From the NCBI GenBank assembly GCA_030704615.1, contig CM060732.1:45818001-45882000 (forward strand): a stretch of DNA of 64,000 nucleotides, in the 5' to 3' direction. Position 1 is the first letter of the stretch, and each line of letters starts with the position of its first letter. This document shows, in pieces, positions 37,953-50,801 of the stretch. The notes beneath the pieces were generated by a model. That model saw nothing but the letters and a program-made list of their open reading frames with translations, ran no database searches and was not told where the DNA came from. A program made the position numbers and the translations under genes. The DNA is from Takakia lepidozioides (lineage: Eukaryota; Plantae; Bryophyta).

Positions 37953-40150
37953 CTCCTCAGCCTTAACCCATACAGGACCACGGGGTGGTTGGAAAATCCT
38001 CGTGGACCGGACCCCCTTGTAGGTTTGGTACCATACTTCCAGATTGCGGACGAACCAAGCCTGTCTCCACTGTATGATTGGATGCCCACCTTCCTCCCTA
38101 ATCCAATGCGGAAGCAAAGAAGGGCAATCCACCCTTGGATCACTGGGATTATAAAGTTGGATGTTGGGCCAATGGTGAAATCAACATAGCTTGTCTCCCT
38201 CAAATTTTGTATGGCAAACCAAATCATGGAATCTTTTTCCAAGTGGAATCAGAAAGCAAGTACATAACTTAGTCAAGCATATCTGCACAAATTTTCAGCT
38301 GAATAGATGCAGATTCAATGGGACCTCCTTTGTACAGGATGGGATGGGGTGGGTGAGCTATGAACAATTTTGCAACCTTTGATAAAAGCATGCCAGAGGA
38401 TCTGAGAGAGGTGGATTGAATGGACAGAATCGGGGTACAAGGCAAACCAAGATGCACTAGAGATCTTGCCGATCACAATTCTTCTCTCTTTTTTGTTTCT
38501 CGCTCTTGGCGTGTTTTCTCGCACATTTTGAGAAGCTCCTCCAGGGTGCCTAGTGCCTACACCTGCGCTCTCACCTCCACCTCCGCGGCGACTCGCCTCT
38601 CAGAGGTATGCTGTATTGTTTGGAAGAGTTGGTAAGAGGCATTGAGGGGGCAGCTCAAGGAACTGCCGAGCAACATCTAGTGGAGGACTTGTGGGCCCCC
38701 TTCTTTCATTTCCTTCCAGATGATGACTTCATGCAGAATTCAAGAACAGTGCTGGTTTCTATACATGAATTCTCTTCTACCTTCCTCATTCTCCTTGTGT
38801 AACTTCAAAACCTTGGGAATCCACCATGACTCATGAGTAAGCAGCCCAAGATTCTTAACTTGAAAAGCGTACCGACGGAGATACATGGCTATGGTCTGGG
38901 AATGAAAGGTCACAGACACTATCAACAACTGATATGCGGGACCCTGTAATTTCAGTACGCATGGCAGTGAAACTGTGGGAGTTCCATGGCTGGACATGCC
39001 CGGCCAAGTCATACCCAAGCTCTGGAATCGATTTAGGTCTGGGCTAGAGCTCATTGCAGCCTTGCTCCCAGAAATTATTGGTCAATTAGATTTGGTTTGC
39101 ATTTCATCTGATTCGCACCATAACTATTGGGCTAAAACACTCTTAGACCCCCAAAATCATCTATCTAACTCCAGTTGTCATACTCCTTCCCCACACTAAG
39201 AGATCTCTCTTCGACCCAGTTCTACCTGTTCATATATACGCAGATTGTAGTTCAAGAATCAGTTACAAACCCATGATCCCTCCTGAAGTACCGATCTAGG
39301 TGCTTCAGAACTTTGTCAAAGAAAGCTCTAATCTAGGTAGATACAACCCCTGGTGAAGACCTTGCTCTCCAGTGAAGGGGGATCATCTCTCACTCATCTA
39401 GTCTTTGATAGGCAGGGCAACCCAGGCCAAAATTCTAATGGCAGGTCATCTACAGAAAGATCAAAAGAAGAGAGTCCAAAGTTTCTGCATGAAAATCCCC
39501 TCAGGCAAACTTGTACCATTAGGTTGCTAGGGTCTCGTGAAATAAGAACAGCGCAAGAGCCGTTCGTCTAGGATGGATCAACACGCTTGCAAATATTGTG
39601 AAGAAGACCAACAGATACACAGTACCTAGTAAAACTATTTCAAAATGTAGACCTGTCCATACTGACTTCGGCAAGCGGCAATCACGTACATCATTCTAGG
39701 ATCATTCTTCTGAACATTTGACACCACTTTAAAGATTTTGAACATGTTTCTGTTCTTACAAGTATGCCTGCAACGAGGAAGAAAGAAGGATCTAACATGC
39801 CAAGAAACTCGATTGACTTGGAACCTCGTATACAGGAAATGGAGCAGTTTTTGTTGACACGCTTGAAGCCACCAACACCACAAATTGCCGATGCTCCAGT
39901 CTATAGAGGCTTTGTCCACGCCTTGACTTATTTATCTGCAATTCAAAACAGTTTTAGAGGTTTTGCAGTCCTCATGAGCATAGCGATCTAGGCGTTGTGA
40001 GAAAATTTCACTGCATTACTGATCAATGATTGCCTCCGTCCCACTCCTGATGATTGCAGATCCTGAACGGGCAGAGGTGAGATCCAGAGTTTTCATACAT
40101 GGTCCGATTTACAAAAATCATGCAAACTTCAATCTGGGACTTTAAGCTCG

Positions 40151-41542
40151 TCAGGCTACAGCTAGCTGGACATTGGATTCCGGCATTATAGTCTCTGGCA
40201 AGGAGGCAAGTAGCATCCGCTGCACTGAGTCCACCTCCTTCAGCTTCCCTTCTACCTCTGTAATTCTCTCCTCGAGGTACTCTGTCCTTTCGTTGACGTT
40301 GGCCTCAACAGATTTCGCGACATCATCAGACCACATAACTCTCTTAATATACTGAACATGGCGGAACAGCTCTACTTCTTGAAACCAGAGGTCAGCGAAT
40401 TCGCAGTCTTTCCAGGCATCCAACCAGGGGCCTCCAGAGGTATAATGGATAGCTTTTGGGTGAGGAACCCCCCGTGGAACCTTATTGTGACCTACCAAAA
40501 AGTTCCAAGTGACGGGGATATATCCGATATCTTCATTGTTCAGCCACAAAAATCTGTGAAGGAAGCTTGCTGATTGAGAGTTTACAACATCTGGTGTTAA
40601 CGCCCGGTTCTTTGCATGCGAACAATTGTAGAGCACCATAGAGGACCAGTTTTTCCGAACGTAAGCAGTCTGGAGTGCGCCATCCTTCTTGGTGCCACTT
40701 GTGGGGATGTGGTTATGCGGTACGCACATGATGGCATAGCGTTCATCAATCAATTCCACCAGCTCTCTCACGTCTGCTGTGTAAAGGAAATCGCAATCCA
40801 CAAACATGGCCCAGCCTTGAAAGCCTGCAAGATAAGGGGTCAGAAACCGGGTGAATGAGAACTCTGTGCTCTCTGTTGCACATCGAGTTCGTGAATAGAG
40901 ATTCGCTTGTCTGAGCTGTGCCTGCTTAATAGGGATGATTTCCACAGGAATAGTGGCGTGCCTGAGAATCGAATGCCGGCAGATTTCATAAGCAAGGTCT
41001 TCTTTAGGGTCATATCCAACAAAGATCTTCAGTTTTGTCACGAGCTGCCCACCCTTGGTCGTAACTGGACCTCCCAGAACCGAAGTCGAGTAAGATGGAG
41101 GTGGACGGTAGGGCGAAGTAGCGGTAGTCGACAACTCGTCAGAAGGAGGGAGGGAAAGGGAATCTGAGGGAGTCACGCCACGGTCATTTAAATCGGGAAG
41201 AACTGGCGTGTTAGATGCTAAAGGAAACAAATCTGAGGGCAAAGAGAAAAGATATAACAGGCCAGATCCTACAAGACTTGCAGCAGCAATATTGGGAAGA
41301 CTAAAGTAGCTCCGCCTATGTCTGTCACAGTTGCATGAGCTTTTGGCACTGCTAGGATCTGCTGAAAAAGAATACGCAGGGGGCGGGAGGAATGAGCCTG
41401 GGGAAGTTGCAGGGAGAGTAGTACGACAGCTCAACGGACTCTTCACGTTCCTCAAGAAAGACCTGTCAATTACTACAACTCTACGAGCTTCTGGTCTTGC
41501 AATCCTCGAGAGCTGTCTGGAGCATTGCCGTAGATAGGCCAT
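40151..41542 (-). CDS. CDI-like nucleotide-diphospho-sugar glycosyltransferase with a long N-terminal extension and C-terminal coiled coil, intronless (start 41542 or 41740)
   Basis: KIFVGYDPKEDLAYEICRHSI, ESTEFSFTRFLTPYLAGFQGWAMFVDCDFLY (DxD), RKNWSSMVLYNCSH, FLHRFLWL, WNFLVGH and AIHYTSGGPW. Confidence 0.9.
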   Translation of the reverse strand: MAYLRQCSRQLSRIARPEARRVVVIDRSFLRNVKSPLSCRTTLPATSPGSFLPPPAYSFSADPSSAKSSCNCDRHRRSYFSLPNIAAASLVGSGLLYLFSLPSDLFPLASNTPVLPDLNDRGVTPSDSLSLPPSDELSTTATSPYRPPPSYSTSVLGGPVTTKGGQLVTKLKIFVGYDPKEDLAYEICRHSILRHATIPVEIIPIKQAQLRQANLYSRTRCATESTEFSFTRFLTPYLAGFQGWAMFVDCDFLYTADVRELVELIDERYAIMCVPHNHIPTSGTKKDGALQTAYVRKNWSSMVLYNCSHAKNRALTPDVVNSQSASFLHRFLWLNNEDIGYIPVTWNFLVGHNKVPRGVPHPKAIHYTSGGPWLDAWKDCEFADLWFQEVELFRHVQYIKRVMWSDDVAKSVEANVNERTEYLEERITEVEGKLKEVDSVQRMLLASLPETIMPESNVQLAVA

Positions 41543-42846
41543 TCTCCTCCACAACTTAACTATACGCTGTTCTTGCACACAAATGATGACAAAATCCTGA
41601 ACAAAAGTCACAAGAAAATCGGGAAGGAAAAACGCTACTGGATTCCGCACTGCAACTCTAAGCCGATCTCTTACAACACAATGTGCGTGCGGTATTGCTC
41701 GGGCACTGCATCGAAAGCAAGCCCCGCCATAGCCATGCACTGCACATGCCCGTTACCCGCCTGAGTACTTTCAAGAAGGCAGCCATGTTCCTTCCATGAT
41801 CGCACGGATGAAAACGACGACCAACTAACGAAAGTGGTCAGATCAATCGGTGCTATGGTCGACGGATGAACGAAATATTGCCAACCAAGGAATGAAATAC
41901 TATAAGACCCAAATATTTACCAACCAACGAATGTAGTAATACAGACACAGATGAACGAAATATTTACCAGTCAATGAATGAAATATTATCAGACATGGAT
42001 GAGCGGAGGATGAGCAGAGGATGTCCGAATTGGATGGATGTGGGTTCGTTAGTTGCCACTGTGCAGGGTCCAATCTGCCACGTAAGCTGACCACTTATCT
42101 GGGAAAAAAAATTTGGGTAAGTAGGACGACCGACGATAGGGGGTCGCTTGACTGGTCATAGACAGTCGCTACGTGCAGTGGCAGGGGAAGTGACCTGGAG
42201 GATCCCGTGCAGAAGGTGTTGCTCTCACTCTCTCTCTCTGTCTCACGCCACCGGTTTGCTGTCGGCGCAGAGTTGCAGGCAGAGATTCCGTTCTTTAGAG
42301 ACATTAATTTGCTGCAGGTTGGTTTGGAGGTTTCTGGGACGGATGGGCGGGCGCTTTGTCTTGATTCTCTCAGAGCGCTGTCTCTCTCGCGTCAAGTTGA
42401 TTCCTGGATCTAAACAATTTTCGTTTTGGTTATAGCAGGTTGTTAGTTGGGTTCTTTTGGGTTCTTTTCTGTTGAAATTCTTCGGTCCTGAATTTAATAG
42501 CAGGGGTGCCTCTCTCTCTCTCTCTGCCCCAAGGTCAGTGTACTCCGCGTAAAGGTTTTCTTCTGTTACTGGCTGGAGCTAGAGGTTTTTGGTAGAATTG
42601 ATTTGTTTGCCAGGGGAAAATCTGCTTTTTCAAGTGCAAGGGGTGATGTTTTTGTGAAGAGAATTCTGTAGGCTTGACAAGCAACAGGACTACTGAGGAG
42701 CAGTTTTGGGACAGAGATTCGGGGGAAAGTGTGAGGGCTACTGAATTCAGTTGAGGTTTTTTGTTCTATCGAGAGACAAAGAGGTGGCTTTCGAGTTGGT
42801 CACACAATTTTGAGCCAAACGAGGAAGTCGCTGGAAATCTGTGGAT

Positions 42847-45800
42847 ATGGCGCGGTCAGTAATTGGGGAAATGGCTGAATTGCATCCGATGGTGGGGGAT
42901 GAGGTGGCACAAAGGCGTATAGACAGGCTTGCATCTCATTTATGCGCCACAAGTCTTGTGAAAGAAGAGCAAATTTCCAGAGAACTATGCTCCAAGATTG
43001 TGGGAAAATACCCTGTCAGTGTGCCGGTGCTTACAGATCTCTTGGCAGGTAGCCTTGATTGTCATTCTGTCTGCACTTGGCTATGACAGCTTGAATCTTG
43101 ATATGATGTTTGGGCCTCAGATAAATTCTTGACTTTAAGTTCGGATGGGTTTTTCGATTCCAGGGAATTGGTTATCTTTGGATATAAGCCTGTCGGTCTT
43201 TCTTTTATTCTTCATTTCCAATGAAGATCAAGTGATGAGTTGAAATTGACCGGGTCTCCAGGGATTGTTAGGCATTGATTGAACAAGTGTGTTCTGCAAG
43301 TTCCTTTTACAATGCACACATGTGCTTCAAGGTCAATTGCAACGTTCTGAGAGTTTCAATTGCTGTGCCACTTAACCCACCCACTTCATCTCTTTCTATG
43401 TCGAGCCACTCCATGTTACACTCTTCTTTCTTCTCTTTCTCCCCTTCAGCCATTATATGCGGTTTCAATTGACGGTGCAAAATCTTACAGGTGGGTACCG
43501 GTCTGAGAGAGAAAGGATCTATCAATTTTTTGAACGTCACCCAGACCTTGAAACTCCTGTGGAGCTTCCAAAGGCTGAACATCGTGAGCTAGCTTACAAG
43601 CAGTTGCTGGCCCTGGTGAGGGAGGTGGGAGTGGATCCCATGAAGTACTTGATGGAGGATCCCGTACGGTATTTTGTGGTGACAGAGGCAGTGGGCTACA
43701 TCGATATATCGCTTGGAGTGAAATTTGGGGTGCAATTCAGGTACTTGGGATTTTTCTTCTCGTCTCCTTCTGCACCCACACAGTTTCATATTGATGGGGA
43801 GGGAAGATGCCGTTGCATGATGGAACGGGGAAGAGGTAGAGGGAAGTGGGTGAACACTGAAGGGAAAAGAAGAGAGTCCTCTGTTGTATGGAGGATGAGG
43901 AGAATAAACTGTGAGACGTGTTGAAGTAGTCAGTACACTGCTCATACTCAAGTGTACATGATAATTAACTTTGGCAAGGTGAAGTGCATGTAAGGAAACT
44001 GTTGCTAGGTGTCATAGCACAGTGCATCTGTGCTTATTCATGATAGTGCTTAAGGTATGGTGCAAAAGATTTAATCAACTTTGGTTGTTGCAATCTTAAG
44101 AAGACTTCTATTCAGCTCGATTGTGTGGTGTTTTGGCGGGCCAGTTTGTGGGGGGGCTCAGTAGTAAATTTGGGGACGCAGAAGCATCGTGACCAATACT
44201 TGGAAGGCATTTCCACGATGAAGTATCCTGGATGCTTTGCAATGACTGAGCTGCACCATGGTGTGTGCTTCTCTCTTTCACATTTGATAGATGCTTGTTG
44301 CAGCATATATCATTAGCATTTGAAACTAGGCTATTCATCTGCCTTGTGCTGGGCTTCTAACAGTCATCCATTCGGCAGACCTGGTGGGGAAGATATCTTG
44401 AGTAATTTCTTGATGACATTGAACAGAATGCATTGCCCCAGTTGGCCTTCACAGTTTCTGAGGGATATGAAATTGTTTGTCTTCCAGGGTCCAATGTGCA
44501 AGGCATCCAGACGACAGCAACCTTTGATCGCTTGACTGATGAATTTGTGATAAACACCCCCAATGAGGGGGCAACCAAATGGTGGATTGGAAATGCTGCT
44601 GTCCATGGAAAATTTGCCACAGTGTTTGCCCGGCTCTGCCTGCCCTCCCCGGACTCCCACCTTGACACTGACATGGGTGTCCATGCCTTCATAGTGCCCA
44701 TCCGCTCACTTGTAGACCACTCAGTTTTTCCTGGGGTCGAAATCCGTGATTGTGGTTACAAGGTGGGGTTGAATGGGGTTGATAATGGCGCCCTCCGCTT
44801 CCATGATGTCCGTGTACCAAGAGAGAATCTGCTGAACCGTTTCGGAGATGTGTCAAAAGATGGAGAATACACAAGTTCTCTACCAACCATCAATAAACGG
44901 TTTGCAGCAACACTGGGGGAGCTTGTGGGTGGTCGGGTCGGGTTGGCATATGGGTCGGTTGGAATATTGAAGGCAGCATCAACTATTGCAATCAGGTTAG
45001 AGATGAAATGCTGTTTGTTATGGAAACCGGAATAAGATGAATTTCATGGAAATATACCTGTGAGGCATGAAAATTTTGCTCATGTTACTCGTAATAGGCC
45101 TGCGGACCCCTGCATCAGTAATGAGAGAATGGGTGATGGTGTTGGCTGCTCCACAGATCTGAGCATATCTTTCGTCTAAATGCTGTGTTGGTCAGGGCAG
45201 CCTGTAGCTGTTTTCAACTTGGGTGATTGTGTTTCACTCAGTTGCAATGTCATCATGAAAAGAGTCTTTGTTTGTTGCAGATATTCATTGATACGGCAAC
45301 AATTTGGGCCCCCTAACCAGCCTGAGATCAGCATTCTGGATTATCAGTCACATCAGCAAAAGCTGATGCCCATGCTTTCTTCTGCCTATGCCTTTCACTT
45401 TGCAACCGAGTATCTGGTATTTCCCTTCTACACTGCACTTGTGACAGAGTTCCCACATTTTGGGAGCATTTTCTCTGCTCTTCCAAAATGGCTTAGGAGT
45501 AGATTTTGCATCTGATTTTCTGTCAATGAATGTAAATGTGATCTCAATTCCAAGTTGCGATTCTTGCAGCTACAAGGATGTCTGGTCAGTGGCTTAATGC
45601 TGTTTGCAACTGTCCCCAGCTACTTAGAAAGCTTTCACACATCGGAGGTTTCCTGGTTTTCCAGTATTCTATTTATCCCTGTAGCAGGCAGAGATATAGC
45701 TCCGCTTGGTGGATTTGTTCGGTTTTGAAGTATGACATGTCTGTTATGTCAGGTGCACCGATATGCAGAAATGAAGAAGACTCATGACGACGAGGTGGTG

Positions 45801-47682
45801 GCTGATGTCCACGCACTTTCTGCCGGGCTCAAGGCCTACATTACCTCCTACACTGCCAAAGCATTGAATACTTGTCGAGAGTCATGCGGTGGGCATGGCT
45901 ATGCAGCAGTGAATCGATTTGGGGGCCTTCGAAACGACCATGATATTTTTCAGACATTTGAGGGTGACAACACCGTTCTGCTGCAGCAGGTGTAGTGTCC
46001 ACTGCTGCTCAGACTTTCTTTCTGCATTAAGATCTAGTATCTTTATGACTTTCCTCTTTATTTGTGCGTATTTTGAATTCCTCAAACCCCCCCTTCACCA
46101 TTTCTCTTGCAACCTGCATACTGGAAGTGGCAGTGTAAATCAGTTCGTTGCCGGTACTGCAGGTGGCTGCAGATTTGCTGAAACAGTACAAGGCCAAGTT
46201 CAAAGGGGGAGCATTGAGTGTCACGTGGAACTACTTGAGGGACTCTATGGGCACCTACTTGTCTCAGACAAACCCTGTGTTGACACATAGGGAAGGGCAG
46301 GCACACCTCCGAGACCCCCGCTTTCAACTTGATGCATTTCAGGTATAATTGTGAATTCGTTCAAGGGTACTGTTTCAACCTCATGCTTTCAACTATGATG
46401 TCAATGCCAACCAATTCATCTACCCATGCCCTGCAACCATTGTTAGCTGTGTATAAGCAGTACAGTGATTTTATTTGGTTAGCCATACCATGAGCTGAGA
46501 CCGTAGTGCTGAGTCGTAGTTTGGAGACTGTACCCTCAAGGGTATGTCATGCGTCACAGCCTCCTTTACAGGAAAGGAAATGAACTCTGTCCCTCCCCTC
46601 TTTCACCAAAGACGATTGTGTTCAGGGCAACAGACACACTATTGATATCCTTGAGTATCTCTTTTGCTCTCTCAGCCACTGGTCATCAGTGACCTTCCCA
46701 TATTTGGGCTAATAAAGATGTTCTTCCTGTCTGTCTGCAGTATCGGACAGCAAGGTTGCTGCACACAGCAGCTCTGCGGTTAAGAAAGCACTCCAAGCGG
46801 CTGGGCAGCTTTGGGGCATGGAACCGCTGCCTGAATCATCTTCTGATCTTGGCAGAGTCCCATATTGAGTCGGTTATCCTGGCTAAATTCATCAGCGCAA
46901 TTGATCAGTGAGCTTCCAAAAAGTACCTGAAATATGTTGTTATTGTCTTGTATCTATTAAGTCCTCAGTTGTTGGTCTTTGCAAAGCTGTCTCCGAGCCC
47001 CCAGCCTAAGGCCTTGTAGTCTCTTTCACAACCTATTGAATAGAAGCACCCAGCTCTCACATCTCTTAGAACATGTCCAGAGTGAACCTATAATTTGACT
47101 GACAGGCTTGAAACGGGATTTACAGGTGTGAGGACAAACAGGCCCGCACTTTGTTGAACGTAGTGCGCGATTTATATGCACTAGATCGCATCTGGAAGGA
47201 CATCGGGACATACAGGAATGAGGACTATGTCGCTCCCAATAAGGCCAAGGTGGTGTTTCAAACTGTCCAAATTCATATTGCATGTACAACCCCTTGCTTG
47301 GAAGCATGCATCTGTTACATAGAGCTGAAGGCGAAGAAACTGAAGCAGAAATAAGCAGACAAGCAGTATCCATGTAAATAATTGTTGACTGCAGTATGGA
47401 AAGCCAGTAACAAGCTCCGAGCTCAGCAGATGGAGCAAACCCCATTCATTGTGTTATTTGGAGCTGCATTTTACCCAGTATAGCTGGACTTGCTAGCTAA
47501 TATTGCTTGATTTCATGTTCCAGGCAATACATCGGCTGGTGGAGTATTTATGCTTTGAAGTCCGAGGGTCAGCTGGTTTGCTTGTTGATGCCTTTGGAAT
47601 TCCGGACTCTCTATTGCGAGCCCCGATTGGTTTGCAATCTGGCCAGTACTCTGAGTACTCACATTATGTAGGATTCGAATAA
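42847..47682 (+). CDS. ACX2: Peroxisomal long-chain acyl-CoA oxidase 2, ~10 exons
   Basis: PTS2 RIDRLASHL; [10 protein letters not shown]|[12 protein letters not shown]; [11 protein letters not shown]|[13 protein letters not shown]; [12 protein letters not shown]; [12 protein letters not shown]; [10 protein letters not shown]; [13 protein letters not shown]; ends LRAPIG...YVGFE*. GT-AG introns. Confidence 0.94.
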
Positions 47683-48572
47683 GCAGCAGGCTCGTATGAT
47701 GTGTGGGGATGGAAAAGAGAGGGTGAGAGATAGAAAGAGAGAAGGGCTAGAATTTCAATGATAGTTGCACTCAAGTATGGGTTGCTATTTGAAAAAGGAG
47801 TAACAAACTAGTTTATAGAACAAACTCCTAACGGACTTCATAAGTCGTGTCATTCATTCTGCTGAGAAGTGAAAGCAACCAGTCTTCTTTGTAGTGTAAG
47901 GTTGGATGGCAAAGTATATACAGGACAGGATGGAGGAAAGGAGGGATGCTGAATGGCGCTTTGAAGCTCCAGTTGTTGACAAGCGAGAGAGTTGGCAGAA
48001 GAGAGGATTGTTCAGTGTGGAAGACTAAGCTCTCTTTCTCAGTGTCCATCCAGATCCACTTCAAAGTTACTACAAAACCTTACTTGTGGTTCCGGTCCCG
48101 GTGCTTACTTAGCATGGTTGGGAAGAGTCTAAAGTCTTAAGATTTAAACCTACTGCCTGTGCCCCACTGCTGGGGAAGGGGTAATCATAGGTAACGGTAG
48201 AGGAGAACCTATATACTGTAGATCTTATCCAGCTTTATTGATGTCCATACCCACAGACTTTTAATACGCAAAAGATTCATCTGAAATAAAGTGGTCAGTT
48301 GTCTCATGTAGTAGCATCTACAGTTGAGGGTGATTGTAAGAAATGTTGTGGATGTTTAGCTGAAAGCAAGCAACCAAGGCAAATGTTCAGTGATGGGAAT
48401 CAGTTGGTGATGGACTCTTTAGTGTGTTCCCAGAAATGCGAGGGTGAGACTTTGAGCTTTGACTATGAGCTTTCCGCGGACGTTATAAAGTACCATTTCA
48501 TTTCATTTCTCTCTGCCCCTCTATAATAGATTGAGCGTGCAGAGGGTCCTCAGATTGAAAGACTCAAACCTC

Positions 48573-49718
48573 TCACATGGGGATGGGTGTTGGTTTCAGA
48601 GTGATAGGAGCATCAGCATGTGAGCCAGAAACTAGAGCAGCCTCTACAATTGCCAAGTCTCTGAGTGCTTCCCTTGGCGAGCTTCTCAGATCAGCCTTTC
48701 CAATACTTCCTCCAGAAACTGCCTGTTGAACATCTGCTATGAACGCTTTCATCTCTGCTTCCAAGCCTGTAAAGGGGTGGAATTGTACACAGGGCTTACC
48801 TTCCAGGGGCCGAAGTGCTACACTGTAGCCAAGTCTGCCATCTTGGACTCCTCTCTCCACTTCAACAGTTCCTTCGGAGCACACAACACGCCAGCTCATT
48901 TTACTTGTCGAAGCGGCAAAAGAAATCACCATGGTGCCTGAACACCCATTCTCGAAGCTCATCAAGGTAGTCAAGGTGTCCGGCGCTGGGACATTGCTGT
49001 CTCTGTGAGTAGCAATTGCAGCCACGGATGTAATTTCACGACCTGTCATCACCCGCAGGGCCGCCACAAAATGAACACCGCAGTCCAAGATGAATCCACC
49101 CTTCAGTGCAGGATCACGTCGCCACTCGCAATGAAAATATTTGTTGGAAGTATTCATGGGGATTTCAATGGCCACCGTTGCCACCACCATTGTGCCCAGA
49201 TCTTGAACCAACTTATGCGCCTCATGAAAGGCAGGCTCAAACCGAAAATTCTCTGCAACAGCCCAGATGGGCGCCTCAATCTGGAGAGATGAGTAAGCTT
49301 CAAGTGCCTGAATTCCCTCCACCACCGATCCAGCAACAGGCTTCTCTTGCAGGACATGCTTTCCAGCTCGAATTGCCCTCAGAACAATGGCAGGCTGAGA
49401 GAGAATCGGGCACACCACAGCACAGCATTGCACCAAAGGGGATGCCAGAATTCGCTCCAGCCCCTCTTCACCCCACACTGCCTCTGCATTTACCGCAAAA
49501 TCTCTCACTCGCATGAACAATTGCAGGGCTGAATGCTCAGATCTACTCCACACGAAACGGAGAGAGATGATGTCATGGTATAACTTGAAGATGGGCACGT
49601 ACGCATCCCGTGCGAACACGCCACAGCCCAGCAACGCCAAGCCTGCCATCTTTCCTTCCTCTCTCGTCTCTCCCGCTCCCTCGCTTTCTTCTCCAGGAAC
49701 CAAGTGGTGGGTGGACAT
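48573..49718 (-). CDS. Gfo/Idh/MocA-family NAD(P)-dependent oxidoreductase, intronless (start may be 49649)
   Basis: LALLGCGVFA Rossmann motif, AGKHVLQEKPVA, WAVAENFRFEP and GGFILDCGVHFVA. Confidence 0.93.
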   Translation of the reverse strand: MSTHHLVPGEESEGAGETREEGKMAGLALLGCGVFARDAYVPIFKLYHDIISLRFVWSRSEHSALQLFMRVRDFAVNAEAVWGEEGLERILASPLVQCCAVVCPILSQPAIVLRAIRAGKHVLQEKPVAGSVVEGIQALEAYSSLQIEAPIWAVAENFRFEPAFHEAHKLVQDLGTMVVATVAIEIPMNTSNKYFHCEWRRDPALKGGFILDCGVHFVAALRVMTGREITSVAAIATHRDSNVPAPDTLTTLMSFENGCSGTMVISFAASTSKMSWRVVCSEGTVEVERGVQDGRLGYSVALRPLEGKPCVQFHPFTGLEAEMKAFIADVQQAVSGGSIGKADLRSSPREALRDLAIVEAALVSGSHADAPITLKPTPIPM

Positions 49719-49943
49719 AACAGTCTTCAGACTTCATACCACCCAAGGAAAAAATGAAGGCCAAACTGGAACTGCTACAATTCATGACTGGTGTGAAAAC
49801 AACATCTAATAACATCTAAGTGAAAATCCTGCATAGCTTTATAAAAAGACCCAAGTGGGGTGACTGTACAAATGGGTGTAACTGTCCCCAAGAGGAAACA
49901 ACCAAAGCTCGTAGAACTAGATATATTAACACAATGAAAGAAA

Positions 49944-50801
49944 TCAAACTATTCTAGTATCACCTACAGCCTGAAGAAGGTCAGACAACAGGAAAGAGGG
50001 TGGATCAGAGAGTGCGGGGAGGCGAGATGAAGCCGCCCCAGCAACCTCTGCCCAAAGTAAAATAGATTGAGCTTGAGCCTTTTGCAAAGCAACAGAAACT
50101 CGTTGTCTAAAGAAAGCTACAGGAACAGAGGCGTATGGGCTTCCAAGGCTTTTGTTTTCTGCTGCACGATGGGCGCATGTGCGAAGGAACTCGTTGAACT
50201 GATGATGCAAACAACCAAAGATCTCGATTGCCAAAGGAAGAAATGTGTATGTGGAATGACGTGCCCGATAGTCATGCTCATTTCCCTGCGCAGCTACTGA
50301 AGCGGCAACTCCCTATGATGAGGCTGTGCGGGGCAGGAGATCCGACCTAGTAAGATCAGCGATAACAATGTCCGCCAATGTACGTAGTCCGTCCTGTGAG
50401 AGAACAATGTCAACCCGTCGTCGAGTGGAATGGTGATTGTGGGTCGATGGGAGTATGTGCACTTGCTCTCGAATGACATGTATCCCAGCATCACGAGCAA
50501 CCGCAGCTGCTGCATCCCGAACGACGTCATGGGTCGCAGTGCTTTCTCCCCCGCAAGGGCAATGAAGGAGATGTACGCCGAGTGAATCAAGAGGATGGCG
50601 ACAAACACACTGATGTAGTCCTAACACAGAGGGATGCGGAAGACCAAGTCGAATTCGTAGGGAGGTGGTAAATTTAAATGAAGACATACGGAAGGGTGCA
50701 ATGGTTGGTCGTACCGTGAGCCACGCGCCTGCTCTGGGCCCTGCGCACGAGAGAAGACTGGCCCGATGTGCATCTGAAGGAGCGTCGGAAAGCATGCTGG
50801 C
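49944..50801 (-). mobile_element. 3' end of an RLE-type non-LTR retrotransposon (CRE-like), frameshifted and 5'-truncated
   Basis: AGAWL..P; LRIRLGLP; CVC...HLLHC..G....HDVVRD (CCHC knuckle); RRVDIV...LADIVIAD (restriction-like endonuclease); FPLAIEIFG; QRVSVALQKAQA. Confidence 0.8.
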
